A stretch of 64,000 nt of DNA, taken from an uncultured Anaerolineales bacterium (GTDB taxonomy: Bacteria; Chloroflexota; Anaerolineae; Anaerolineales; RBG-16-64-43). Positions within the stretch are counted from its first letter, which is position 1. Each line of letters opens with the position of its first letter. Under the pieces are notes generated by a model. That model did no database searches. It worked only from the letters and a program-made list of their open reading frames with translations, and was not told where the DNA came from. This document shows positions 38,590 to 47,231 of the stretch, piece after piece. A program made the translations under genes and the position numbers. Location: assembly GCA_964521085.1 (NCBI GenBank), contig CAZFPL010000002.1, forward strand, positions 85,579 to 149,578, read 5' to 3'.

Positions 38590-39783
38590 TTAACCGCCCA
38601 GCAGGCGGCCGTATTGCTCCCACTGTTCCGCCGCGTAATGGTCCCAGGTAAGATGTTCCGCACGCCCGCGGCCGCCCAGGCCCATCCTGGAGGAAAGCGC
38701 CGGATCCTCCACCAGCCGGATCATCGCCTGACCGGCGGCCTCGGCATCCAAGGGATCCACCACAAAGCCGGTTTCTCCGTCGATCACAACATCCGGAATT
38801 CCCCCGCTGCGGGATCCGACGGACGGCAATCCATACGCGCCGGCTTCCAGGAACACCAGTCCGAACCCCTCGAAGTGCCGGTCTACCTCCTGCGAAAGGA
38901 GGAGGAAGATCGACGCCTCCCGATACAGCCGGTCTAATTGAGCAGGGTCGATCGTTCCCAGAAAACGGACGCCGCGCAACTCCGCCCGGCGGATAATGCC
39001 TTCCAAGTACGTCCGATAGGCTTGATCCGGCGGCCGCCCGACGATGTTGTAGACCGCTTCGGGAAAACGCTTTTGGAGATGGGCAAACGCATTCAGGCTG
39101 ATGTGATATCCCTTGCGGGGTTTAACCATGCCGACGGAAAGGACAACCGGGGCGGGAGGTTGCCGTCTTCCCCGCGCCACTTCGGGCGGAACCTGTTCCG
39201 CGGCGCGGGAGCCGCACAAGACCGTCCGTACCGCCGTCGAAGAGAGTTCGGTTTCATAGGAATGCCACAGTTTCGCTTCCGTACCGTGCGAGATGGGATA
39301 GATCGCCGCCGCCCGCCGCAAGACACCGCGGTAGAAGCGGTCCAAGAGCGGCCATTTATTCCACAGGATGGCATACGTCCCGAATGCGGTAAGCGCATGC
39401 GGAGTTTTCTGCGCGCGCGCCAAAGCGTCCCCCGCCCAACCGGCCGGGAACATTTCCAACGAATGCACAAGCTGGACCCGCAGCGGCGGAAGCCGGCCGG
39501 CACTCCAGATCGACGGGATCATCCAACGCAGCATCGAGCGGGTGGTGCCGTTCCAATCCTCCGCCTGAACCGTGGGCAATACATGGTGTTCCAGATCCGG
39601 AAATTTTTCCCGGGCCGCCGCCTGATCCCCGCGGGAAATGATCAGGACCGGCTCGACGTATTTCTGGAGCGACCGGATCGCCCCTTCCACGAATGTCACC
39701 CATCCGCGAAATCCACGGAGATAGGGAATCAGATAGGCGATTCGGGGTTTGAAACCGGAGACAGTCGATTTGTCCGCAGGCAT
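38590..39783 (-). CDS. GT4 family glycosyltransferase (paralog B2)
   Basis: 397 aa. FEGFGLVFLEAGAYGLPSVGSRSGGIPD motif. The N-terminal RIAYLIPYLRGFRGW parallels RIAFIIPLLRGRGGW of B1. Confidence 0.8.
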   Translation of the reverse strand: MPADKSTVSGFKPRIAYLIPYLRGFRGWVTFVEGAIRSLQKYVEPVLIISRGDQAAAREKFPDLEHHVLPTVQAEDWNGTTRSMLRWMIPSIWSAGRLPPLRVQLVHSLEMFPAGWAGDALARAQKTPHALTAFGTYAILWNKWPLLDRFYRGVLRRAAAIYPISHGTEAKLWHSYETELSSTAVRTVLCGSRAAEQVPPEVARGRRQPPAPVVLSVGMVKPRKGYHISLNAFAHLQKRFPEAVYNIVGRPPDQAYRTYLEGIIRRAELRGVRFLGTIDPAQLDRLYREASIFLLLSQEVDRHFEGFGLVFLEAGAYGLPSVGSRSGGIPDVVIDGETGFVVDPLDAEAAGQAMIRLVEDPALSSRMGLGGRGRAEHLTWDHYAAEQWEQYGRLLGG

Positions 39784-39858
39784 CCTGCATCATCCTCGCC
39801 AATGGAATCGCATCCGATTATCCGACCGGGGAACCATCCGGTCGATGTGCCGCCTGCC

Positions 39859-41523
39859 CTACCGATCGCCGAGCTGCTGCAAGGCCTGGACCAGGGAGGC
39901 CGCCCCGTTCCTAATCTCTCCCCCCCACAGGCGTTCCCGGCGCCGCCGGCGTTCGGCATCCGGGAGCGCGAACGCCCGGAGGACGGCGGCCGGCATCTCT
40001 TCCGGCCTATCCGCCGCTTCGGCCAATCCTTCTTCCACAAGCTCGCGGCCGTAGGCGCGCGTGGTTTTCATCCACACGATCGGGATCCCCGTCAAAGCCG
40101 CTTCGTAGAGTACGGAACTGTACGAACCGACGGCCAGATCCACTTGCGCGAAGGCTTCATAGACGGTGCCGGTTTGCAGCAAGCGGACGCGCGAGGCGGG
40201 AAGCGAATATTCCTCAAGGCTCTTTCCGGATTCGCCGGGGCGGAGTTTCAAGACGAGTTCGAAGCGGGGATCCTCCAGCAGCGTTTGTATAAACGCCGCC
40301 ACCTCGCGCTTTCTCGCCAGCGGTTCAGACACCACCAGGATCCGGATCTTCCCCCGCGGATCAGATTCCTTTTTGTGCCGGTCCAGGGACGGGGGTGAAA
40401 CGTCCGGCGGCCGGAGGGGGCCGGACACGAACACCTGATCCGATGTATAGAGCGCAGTGTCGCGCAGCAAGCGGTCCCGGAAAAGGTCGCTCCATACCCC
40501 GTAGCGGTTGAAGGCGTGGGCGCGTGCGCCGGAAAAGCCGTACGCCATCAGGCCGGCATGGAATTTATTAAACACCCCGTGCTGGAATCCGAGAACCGGG
40601 ATTCCCAAAGAGATGCAGGCGGCGACGAGCTCATGATTGTGCCGGTTGTCGTCGAAGACCACCGCCCGGCGAACGCGTTGGAAACGAAGCGCCCGTTTCA
40701 GCATGCGCTGGCGGGCGACGGACTGCCGGCAGCCTTCCATCACGACCGGAACGAGCGCCCGCAGCGCGCGTTCTTCGAGGACATTCGAGCCCATCGCGGG
40801 CATTTCCACCGCGGGGACGACGATCCTCTCGCCGGAAAGTTGCGCCCAGAAATCCGCGGCTTCAAGAAAAAAAACCGGCCTTCCCCTACGGAAAAAATTT
40901 TTAAGCGCCTGATAGGGCGAAAGGGTGTGGGCGTATTCCGCATACCGGAATCCGCACCGGTCCAATTCGCGGTACAGCGGAGTAAACCGGAAATCCTGAC
41001 GGAGTCCGGGGCTGACATGATCGATAATATACAAAAGCGTATCGCGCGAGGCGATTCGAAAGAGCGCGAGGGAGAAAAACGCAAGAGCCAGAACCGCCCA
41101 CTTTCCAATCGACCCTTTGGGGGGCGGAAGCATGTCCCCTTCCAGGGAAGCGAATCCCATTTTCCCGCTGATCGCCCGCAGCACCCGCTCCAAATCCGGC
41201 GGGGCATTTTCGATGCGTATGCTTTTCATGCCATCGGCGGCTTTAAGAAGGGGAAAAAGCTGGGTCAGCGGGACGAGGTAGAAACGCAACAGCCGGTCCT
41301 GGCCGTACCACCATGGTTCGAAGCCGTCTTCGACCGGGATCGAGGAAATCCGTTTTCCCGATGCATCGGTGAGGGTGTTCATCCTGCGGAGGAGATCCAG
41401 TGCGCGGTCCCAATCCGGGGCGGAGACCGGAATGGACGCGCCCTCCGTCTGCTCGAACTCCCCGTCGGTATCGGGGTTCGGGCGGAAGCGTAGGTGCCGT
41501 GGGATTCCGCCGCCGTCACTCAC
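39859..41523 (-). CDS. Hypothetical 554-aa protein with one TM and a GT-B-like C-terminal half (family not recognised)
   Basis: GTG start, with GGTGAGG 5 nt upstream. Central TM KWAVLALAFFSLALFRIA. The C-terminal region VGSYSSVLYEAALTGIPIVWM resembles the donor-binding end of TagF/KpsS-type enzymes. Confidence 0.6.
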   Translation of the reverse strand: MSDGGGIPRHLRFRPNPDTDGEFEQTEGASIPVSAPDWDRALDLLRRMNTLTDASGKRISSIPVEDGFEPWWYGQDRLLRFYLVPLTQLFPLLKAADGMKSIRIENAPPDLERVLRAISGKMGFASLEGDMLPPPKGSIGKWAVLALAFFSLALFRIASRDTLLYIIDHVSPGLRQDFRFTPLYRELDRCGFRYAEYAHTLSPYQALKNFFRRGRPVFFLEAADFWAQLSGERIVVPAVEMPAMGSNVLEERALRALVPVVMEGCRQSVARQRMLKRALRFQRVRRAVVFDDNRHNHELVAACISLGIPVLGFQHGVFNKFHAGLMAYGFSGARAHAFNRYGVWSDLFRDRLLRDTALYTSDQVFVSGPLRPPDVSPPSLDRHKKESDPRGKIRILVVSEPLARKREVAAFIQTLLEDPRFELVLKLRPGESGKSLEEYSLPASRVRLLQTGTVYEAFAQVDLAVGSYSSVLYEAALTGIPIVWMKTTRAYGRELVEEGLAEAADRPEEMPAAVLRAFALPDAERRRRRERLWGGEIRNGAASLVQALQQLGDR

Positions 41524-41530
41524 GGGAGCC

Positions 41531-42574
41531 TCACCCGCCCGGGGATTGCCGGATGACGCGTTCGAACTCGGCGCCGAACCGCTCGTTTAACTCCTCCACA
41601 TGCAACGCCTCCTCGGGCGAAGTGGGATTGATGCCGTCGTGCAGCACGTAATCCACAAAGTGGTTGATTACATATTCATGCGGCGAAGGCGGGGCGGCGC
41701 GTTTGGGTTTGGGAAGGATGCGGGCGGATGCCCAACGGCGGAACAACTCCGCCGACAGCTTCGCGTTGGGTCGTTCGGCCAACGCGAAGGCGGTTTTATA
41801 GGAAAACATATAGGAAGCCTTGGTGCCGTGCAGCACGTTGATCCGGCGCTTGGTCTCCTCGGGATTGGCCGACATGCGGATGTTGACATAGCCATCCTTG
41901 CTTTCCAGAACCACATCCACTTCGTCGGCGCTCATCCACGGCCATTTGGCGGTGGTCTTGCGCGCCGCCACGCTCAGGAGTCGCATCTCTCCGACCAGCG
42001 CGTAGGCGATGTAGAGTTGATGCGGAAGGCTCTCCGCCCAGCGCCCGCCGGGGATCTTGTGACACCAGAAGTTCGGATCGATCACCATCCGGTCCTGGTC
42101 TCCGTTGGTCATCCAGGTCAATCCGATATGCAGCACGCGGCCCGCCTCGCCGCGTTTGACGATCTCCGTCATGCGCAGGATGCCCGCCATGAATTTATTC
42201 TGATGGACAACCGACAGCTTGCGGCCGGTGCGCTTCTGGGCGGCCACAACCTCGCGCGCTTCGTCGAGGGTGACGGCAAACGGTTTTTCCAGGAGCACAT
42301 CCGCCCCGTGTTCAAAAGCGTAGATCGACAGATCCTTGTGGGTCTGGGGAGGGGTGCAGATCGAAACGATCCGCGCGCCGGTCTCGCGGAGTCCTTCCTC
42401 CAGCGAGGGATACGCCCCGGGAATCCCGTTCTCGTCCGCCACACGGCGTGCCCGTGCCAGATCCGGATCGCACATGCCGACGAGATGCACCGCGGGATGG
42501 TTCTTGAAGAAGGGCAAATGCCGGACAGCGCCGGCAACACCGCTGCCGACGATGAGTACTTTGACCTTTTCCAT
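41531..42574 (-). CDS. Gfo/Idh/MocA family oxidoreductase
   Basis: VLIVGSGVAG Rossmann motif and EKPF motif. I take the start at ATG 42574 (GGAG 5 nt upstream), because the TGGTATAAT promoter lies at 42640-48, inside the longer track ORF. Confidence 0.85.
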   Translation of the reverse strand: MEKVKVLIVGSGVAGAVRHLPFFKNHPAVHLVGMCDPDLARARRVADENGIPGAYPSLEEGLRETGARIVSICTPPQTHKDLSIYAFEHGADVLLEKPFAVTLDEAREVVAAQKRTGRKLSVVHQNKFMAGILRMTEIVKRGEAGRVLHIGLTWMTNGDQDRMVIDPNFWCHKIPGGRWAESLPHQLYIAYALVGEMRLLSVAARKTTAKWPWMSADEVDVVLESKDGYVNIRMSANPEETKRRINVLHGTKASYMFSYKTAFALAERPNAKLSAELFRRWASARILPKPKRAAPPSPHEYVINHFVDYVLHDGINPTSPEEALHVEELNERFGAEFERVIRQSPGG

Positions 42575-42639
42575 TCCGTCTCCGATTTCGGGGCTTTCGC
42601 CCCCGGTTTTTCCAGGGGCATGCGCCACCGGGGTTTGGA

Positions 42640-42648
42640 ATTATACCA
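42640..42648 (-). promoter_or_regulatory. Extended -10 promoter (TGGTATAAT)
   Basis: On the minus strand TGG-TATAAT, about 66 nt upstream of ATG 42574. It sits in the divergent region shared with the small + strand gene. Confidence 0.5.
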
Positions 42649-42739
42649 GCAGCAGCCCGGGCTTCGATGCCGCCGTCGATTTGTTGTATCATGAAACCGC
42701 CCCCATATTCCGCGCGGAATCGCCGGGAAAGGACACCCC

Positions 42740-42964
42740 ATGTGGCAAATCTACCGACCCCAGCAGAAAACGGACTTGGGTTTTTCCGCCACCGTGGAAG
42801 ACTTGCAGCGCTCGACGGGACGGTCGATCCTCTTTTCGATTCTCGCCGTTTGTCTGCTTGCTTTTTTCGCCGTCGTCATCACGTCCCCCTTCTCGTGGAA
42901 TTTCTGGCTGGTCATGAGCATCGCCCTGTTCTCCTGCGCCGCTTCCTACCTTCTGCTTAATTGA
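42740..42964 (+). CDS. Small two-TM membrane protein, hypothetical
   Basis: 74 aa. AAAGGA lies 6 nt upstream of the ATG. Two hydrophobic helices. This is one of only a few + strand genes in the window. Confidence 0.5.
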   Translation: MWQIYRPQQKTDLGFSATVEDLQRSTGRSILFSILAVCLLAFFAVVITSPFSWNFWLVMSIALFSCAASYLLLN

Positions 42965-43047
42965 ATTCCACTATGGTGGCGATGATTATGGCGATCGTCG
43001 CCATCGCCGCGGGAGTTCTTATCTTGATCCGCAGGTAATGGGGCGTT

Positions 43048-43094
43048 AAAAAAAACCGTCCCGTGGTTCTTTCTCCACGGGACGGTTTTTTTTA
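43048..43094. terminator. Bidirectional rho-independent terminator
   Basis: A8, then ccgtcccgtgg (43056-66), an 8-nt loop, ccacgggacgg (43075-85), then T8. The stem is a perfect 11 bp. The T-run overlaps the stop of 43092..43880. Confidence 0.85.
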
Positions 43095-43880
43095 TTCCGT
43101 AATCCCGAAGGACGAGGCCGATCCGTCGGCCATCGCCAGAGTCAGATCCCTCCGCTTATCTTCCGACGCCAGGAGCCTGGCAAAAACCATGTAATCACAA
43201 ATCAACGCCGCGCGGATGGGAGCCACATGCGCATGGATTGACTCGCAGATGGTGGCCAGATCTTTCGGGCTGGTCGGCAATCCGGCGACGGGCACGTCGA
43301 ACCGCGCCAGAAAGTCGATCGTCGTGATCAGACGGACTTTCTTATCCACCACACGGAGGATCAGCGTCAACCACGGGGCGGAATTCCGTAGAATTCCCAA
43401 GAAATACGAACAGGGATCCGGACCGGAAGCCACCCAGGTCCGGATCTGATCCAGGGAAAAGCCGTTCCATTTCCAGGAAAACGGCGGGAAGAATGCCAGG
43501 CCAGCGGGATCTTGTTCCGCAAGAAGAAATGCCTTGAACGCGAAATCCTCCAGATCGTTCGACATCCAATCCGCGCGCTGGGCGCGGTCTGAAAAGAGGA
43601 CCAAGCTGTCCCTTTCCAGAATCTGGACGCTTTCCAAACCCGGCAATTGATAATAAAGCTTCTTCGCCATCTCCTGCGGATCATCCACCTGCTCAATCGC
43701 CGGAATCCGGAAACCCGCCGGTGCATATACGCGGAGGACCTTGCCGCCGTGATGCAGGATCGAAAGCAGATTCGGGTGCTCGGGCCGGATATCGGCAATC
43801 CGGGAGGTGTCGACCAGGGACATCAGGTTTCTCCAGACGTCGGGACGCAGGTCGGTAATCTCCACATCGCGGGCTATCAT
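43092..43880 (-). CDS. Hypothetical cytoplasmic protein (262 aa), translationally coupled to the GH35-like gene
   Basis: ATG 43880 forms an ATGA overlap with the upstream stop. No TM or signal peptide. No motif recognised. Confidence 0.6.
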   Translation of the reverse strand: MIARDVEITDLRPDVWRNLMSLVDTSRIADIRPEHPNLLSILHHGGKVLRVYAPAGFRIPAIEQVDDPQEMAKKLYYQLPGLESVQILERDSLVLFSDRAQRADWMSNDLEDFAFKAFLLAEQDPAGLAFFPPFSWKWNGFSLDQIRTWVASGPDPCSYFLGILRNSAPWLTLILRVVDKKVRLITTIDFLARFDVPVAGLPTSPKDLATICESIHAHVAPIRAALICDYMVFARLLASEDKRRDLTLAMADGSASSFGITE

Positions 43881-45865
43881 TTCAAGACCTCCCATACTTG
43901 CACGGTCAACGGCGCCACTTCGGCCGTCACGGATCCGGTTTGGGTTTCTGCCGCTGGAGCATTCCACACTCCGCGCAACGGCCAGGAGGAGATCATCATC
44001 GAGCGCTGCATCGTACTGGTCGGATTGGCGAGGAAGACGAGGATCGAGGAACCGCCGCGGATTGTCAACCGCAGGTCCGGATTGTCGATGAGGACGACGT
44101 TCGGCATATCCGGGGTGATCAGATCCTTCGCCTGGTCGAAAGAGGGCAGAAACGTGATCTTACCCGATTCGCGGTTTTGGGTCCCGGGGACCTGGATTGC
44201 GGCCCCGAAGATCGAGGCCGGATTCATCCGCTCATCCAGTGTCGGAAGCGCCGGCCCGAAGACCAAATGCCCGCCGCGGTCGGCGAATTCCAGGAGTTTT
44301 TCCTGTTCCTTCGGATCCATAAAATCGGCGGTGGGGACAAACACCATGTCGTACTTGGTAAGCTCGTCGAGCATCAAGCGGCTGTTTGCCAGATTGTATT
44401 CCACCTGGGCGCCTTCCAGATACCGGCAGGCTTCCTGAATCCAGCTCCCTTCCTCCAGAATGGATTGCCGCATCGGCTCGGTCTGGAAACCCAGAGAGGA
44501 CGGCACTTCGGAGAACAATTTCGGAATGCGCAGAAGGCCGAGGTAGGCGTGGTTCAAGGTCGAGAAGGCGCTGTGGTACTTCTCCAACCCGGAGGAGATC
44601 AGCACCAGCGTGCGGCAATTCTTCTTGCTGTCAAAAATTTTATATTGGGTGAAGAAGGCGCTCAACCGCCGGAACAGGTTTGCATACTCCTCCCGGAACG
44701 CGCCGGAGCGCTGGATCGGGGCTCCCACCCAGCGGTCTCCCTCGGCCAATACGTGAAAATCCACCGCCGACATACCGTGCATCACGGCGCACATAACGGC
44801 GAATTCTTCCTCGGCCGGGGAGTTGACATGCGAGGTAAACCAAGAATGCCCGGAACCGAACCGCGAGACATACGGCAGCCGGCTGGTCCCCGTCAGGAAG
44901 CGGATGTGCCGCGCCAGCCCTTGATAATCCGTCGGGCGGGGATCGATCTCCATTCCGAAGAGCGGCGTCTCGATGACTTTCTGAAGTTCCAAGGAATCGA
45001 CCGGCGTAGAAAAAACCGAAGGACCGTCTATTGCCAGGGGGATGGTAATTCCCCTTTCCCGGAGCATCTGCGAAAGGCGGCTGTGGAAGCGGCGGATCAA
45101 ATATTCCTTGTAATCCACCCAATCCAAGTACCAGGGGAGATCCCGCTGGACGACGGCCTCACAGGATTTGGGAGGGGCAATCTCTGCGATGGATGTGTAT
45201 TTTCCACCGTACACGTCGTTCAAAGCCTCGACGGACCCGTACTTTTCGGAAAGGAATTGGCGGTACAGGGCGATGGATTCCGCCGAATAATCCAGGTCGT
45301 AGGCTTGAATCCGCCCCATGAATGCGGTTTCCCTGTTCACCTGGCAGATGATGATCGGCCCGTCGGGAAATTGGCGCGGAGTGAGAATCGGAATCAATTG
45401 TTCGAGGAATTTTCCGACTTCCTGCATGAACTTCTCGCTGGCATAGGAAGGGATGGCGACCGGCGGAGTGAACCGGGAGGAAACCGCCGGCGCGCCCGTC
45501 GAGGTTAACGCCCAGACGGCGGGGTTGCGAATCACCCGCAAGGGGAAGCCGCCATACGGCATGTCCTCGTCCACGATCGGTCCGAGTCGGACTACCACCA
45601 GAAGCCCGAGTTCGCGGCACAATTCCAGAAAATTGGGGAGCCCTTTTTGGGGATTCTTTTCTCCAAAATCAAAAATCCCGGGGCCTGATTCATGCAGACC
45701 CCAGGGGACGGGCAGGCTTACAACCTCGAAACCCAGGTCCTTGATTTCCTCCAAAATGGTCCGCCAAGTTTCCGGCGCGTGACGCCAATAATGGACGGAC
45801 CCTGAATACAATGGGATTTGACGCCCTTCCAGGTAAAGCCCGTTGGATTCAATCCGGATGGCCAT
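43877..45865 (-). CDS. Glycoside hydrolase family 35-like protein (beta-galactosidase fold), no signal peptide
   Basis: The N-terminal TIM-barrel region YSGSVHYWRHAPETWRTILEEIKDLGFEVVSLPVPWGLHESGPGIFDF...RLGPIVDEDMPYGGFP parallels GH35. The catalytic motifs are divergent (see findings). Confidence 0.65.
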   Translation of the reverse strand: MAIRIESNGLYLEGRQIPLYSGSVHYWRHAPETWRTILEEIKDLGFEVVSLPVPWGLHESGPGIFDFGEKNPQKGLPNFLELCRELGLLVVVRLGPIVDEDMPYGGFPLRVIRNPAVWALTSTGAPAVSSRFTPPVAIPSYASEKFMQEVGKFLEQLIPILTPRQFPDGPIIICQVNRETAFMGRIQAYDLDYSAESIALYRQFLSEKYGSVEALNDVYGGKYTSIAEIAPPKSCEAVVQRDLPWYLDWVDYKEYLIRRFHSRLSQMLRERGITIPLAIDGPSVFSTPVDSLELQKVIETPLFGMEIDPRPTDYQGLARHIRFLTGTSRLPYVSRFGSGHSWFTSHVNSPAEEEFAVMCAVMHGMSAVDFHVLAEGDRWVGAPIQRSGAFREEYANLFRRLSAFFTQYKIFDSKKNCRTLVLISSGLEKYHSAFSTLNHAYLGLLRIPKLFSEVPSSLGFQTEPMRQSILEEGSWIQEACRYLEGAQVEYNLANSRLMLDELTKYDMVFVPTADFMDPKEQEKLLEFADRGGHLVFGPALPTLDERMNPASIFGAAIQVPGTQNRESGKITFLPSFDQAKDLITPDMPNVVLIDNPDLRLTIRGGSSILVFLANPTSTMQRSMMISSWPLRGVWNAPAAETQTGSVTAEVAPLTVQVWEVLK

Positions 45866-46074
45866 AAGCGCTTTCTCCGCATTTAGAATACCCGATTATC
45901 GCAAGGCGTGCAATCAGAATCACAGCACTTAACCGCTTCATTTCCGGCGGGTATGAAAATTTATTCGTTCTTTATTGGAAAAAAAGTCCTCGGGAAAAGA
46001 CGCACCTGCATCGGCGGGAATCCGGACAGGGAACGGTTCACATAAAAAACCCGTTTACGTTTGCGGACTGTCCG

Positions 46075-47226
46075 TTAGGAACGGACCATCTCTTGGAACA
46101 AGCCAAGGTACGCCGTGACGTATCGCTCTTCGGAGAATGCGTTCCGCGCCGCTTCCGCCAGGCTCGAGCGGTATGCGGATGACCCGGGCTCTTCTTGAAG
46201 GGCGTTACGGATTTCTCCGGCGAGATCTTCCGCCGTCTGGGTCCGGCCGTCGAAGGCTTTGCCGACGGGAATACCCAGGACGTTTTCCAATTCCGCCATC
46301 TGCGGCGCCCAACCGATCGCCGGCACTCCGCTGCAGAGCGCTTCCAGCAAGGCGATGCTGAATCCCTCCAACCGGCTTGGGATAACCACCAGGCGCATCC
46401 CCGGGAGTCTTTCCGCCAATTCTTCCTGAGAGAGTTGTCCCAACGCATGGACCGGCAAACCATCCCGGACCGCCTGCCGGACAAGCTCTTCATCTTCTCC
46501 GCGTCCGCAAATAAAAAGCGGATCCCGCCACAAACCGCGATTCCCGCGATAGGCGTCCAAAAGCAGATCGATGCCTTTTCGCCGCCGGACTGCGCCGATG
46601 AACATCACCCCCTGTCGGGAACGGCCGGAATCCACCGGAGTGCGGCAGAAAACAGGTGCGACCGGATAATGGATCGACCGCGTGCGCTCCTTCGGAAACC
46701 GGATCAGCGATGGGATGCGCTCCCGGGCGGATTGCGAGGGGAAAACGATCCGATCGTAGACATCCAATTCCTCACCCACCTCTCCGTGATGATGAGTCAG
46801 GATCAGATTGCCGTGCAACCCGAGTGCCCGGGCCAGCCGCGGGAACGGCCGCCGGGCGAGGTGGTTGTGAATGACATCCGGGTGGAACAGCCGCACCTCC
46901 CGGCGCAAGGCGGTTAAGGCAAAAGCGTCATAAAAAAGATTCTTTATTCCCGCAGGCCAAGGCCGCAGCCGCAGCAGGCTCCACGGCAGCCAAACCATTT
47001 CCCTCCAGGACGGGATGTGCATGGCCGCGGCCACTTCCACCGCGCGCCCCGGCGCCACCTCCCATAACTCCCGGCTGCCCACACCCTCCGGGATGGGCAG
47101 CACCTGGACATCGTGCCCCCGTTCGAGGAGCAGCCGGGTGAGCTGCAGCGCCGCGCGCGCCATTCCGCCCGCCGCCGGCGCCAGCGCTTCCGATTTCATC
47201 AGCGGATGAATCTGAAGTATTCGCAT
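46075..47226 (-). CDS. GT4 family glycosyltransferase (paralog A1)
   Basis: The MRILQIHP N-terminus and EGFSIALLEALCSGVPAIGW motif. An alternative TTG start at 47235 overlaps the upstream stop. Confidence 0.8.
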   Translation of the reverse strand: MRILQIHPLMKSEALAPAAGGMARAALQLTRLLLERGHDVQVLPIPEGVGSRELWEVAPGRAVEVAAAMHIPSWREMVWLPWSLLRLRPWPAGIKNLFYDAFALTALRREVRLFHPDVIHNHLARRPFPRLARALGLHGNLILTHHHGEVGEELDVYDRIVFPSQSARERIPSLIRFPKERTRSIHYPVAPVFCRTPVDSGRSRQGVMFIGAVRRRKGIDLLLDAYRGNRGLWRDPLFICGRGEDEELVRQAVRDGLPVHALGQLSQEELAERLPGMRLVVIPSRLEGFSIALLEALCSGVPAIGWAPQMAELENVLGIPVGKAFDGRTQTAEDLAGEIRNALQEEPGSSAYRSSLAEAARNAFSEERYVTAYLGLFQEMVRS

Positions 47227-47231
47227 CGTGC

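Noticed and set aside
45866-46074. Terminator or promoter between GT4 paralog A1 and the GH35-like gene
   Set aside because: The T6 run at 46044-49 (minus strand) is preceded only by 3-4 bp stems. Candidate -35/-10 hexamers (TTGCAC-17-TATTCT) are weak. An operon boundary is plausible here, but specific sites are not supported well enough to annotate.
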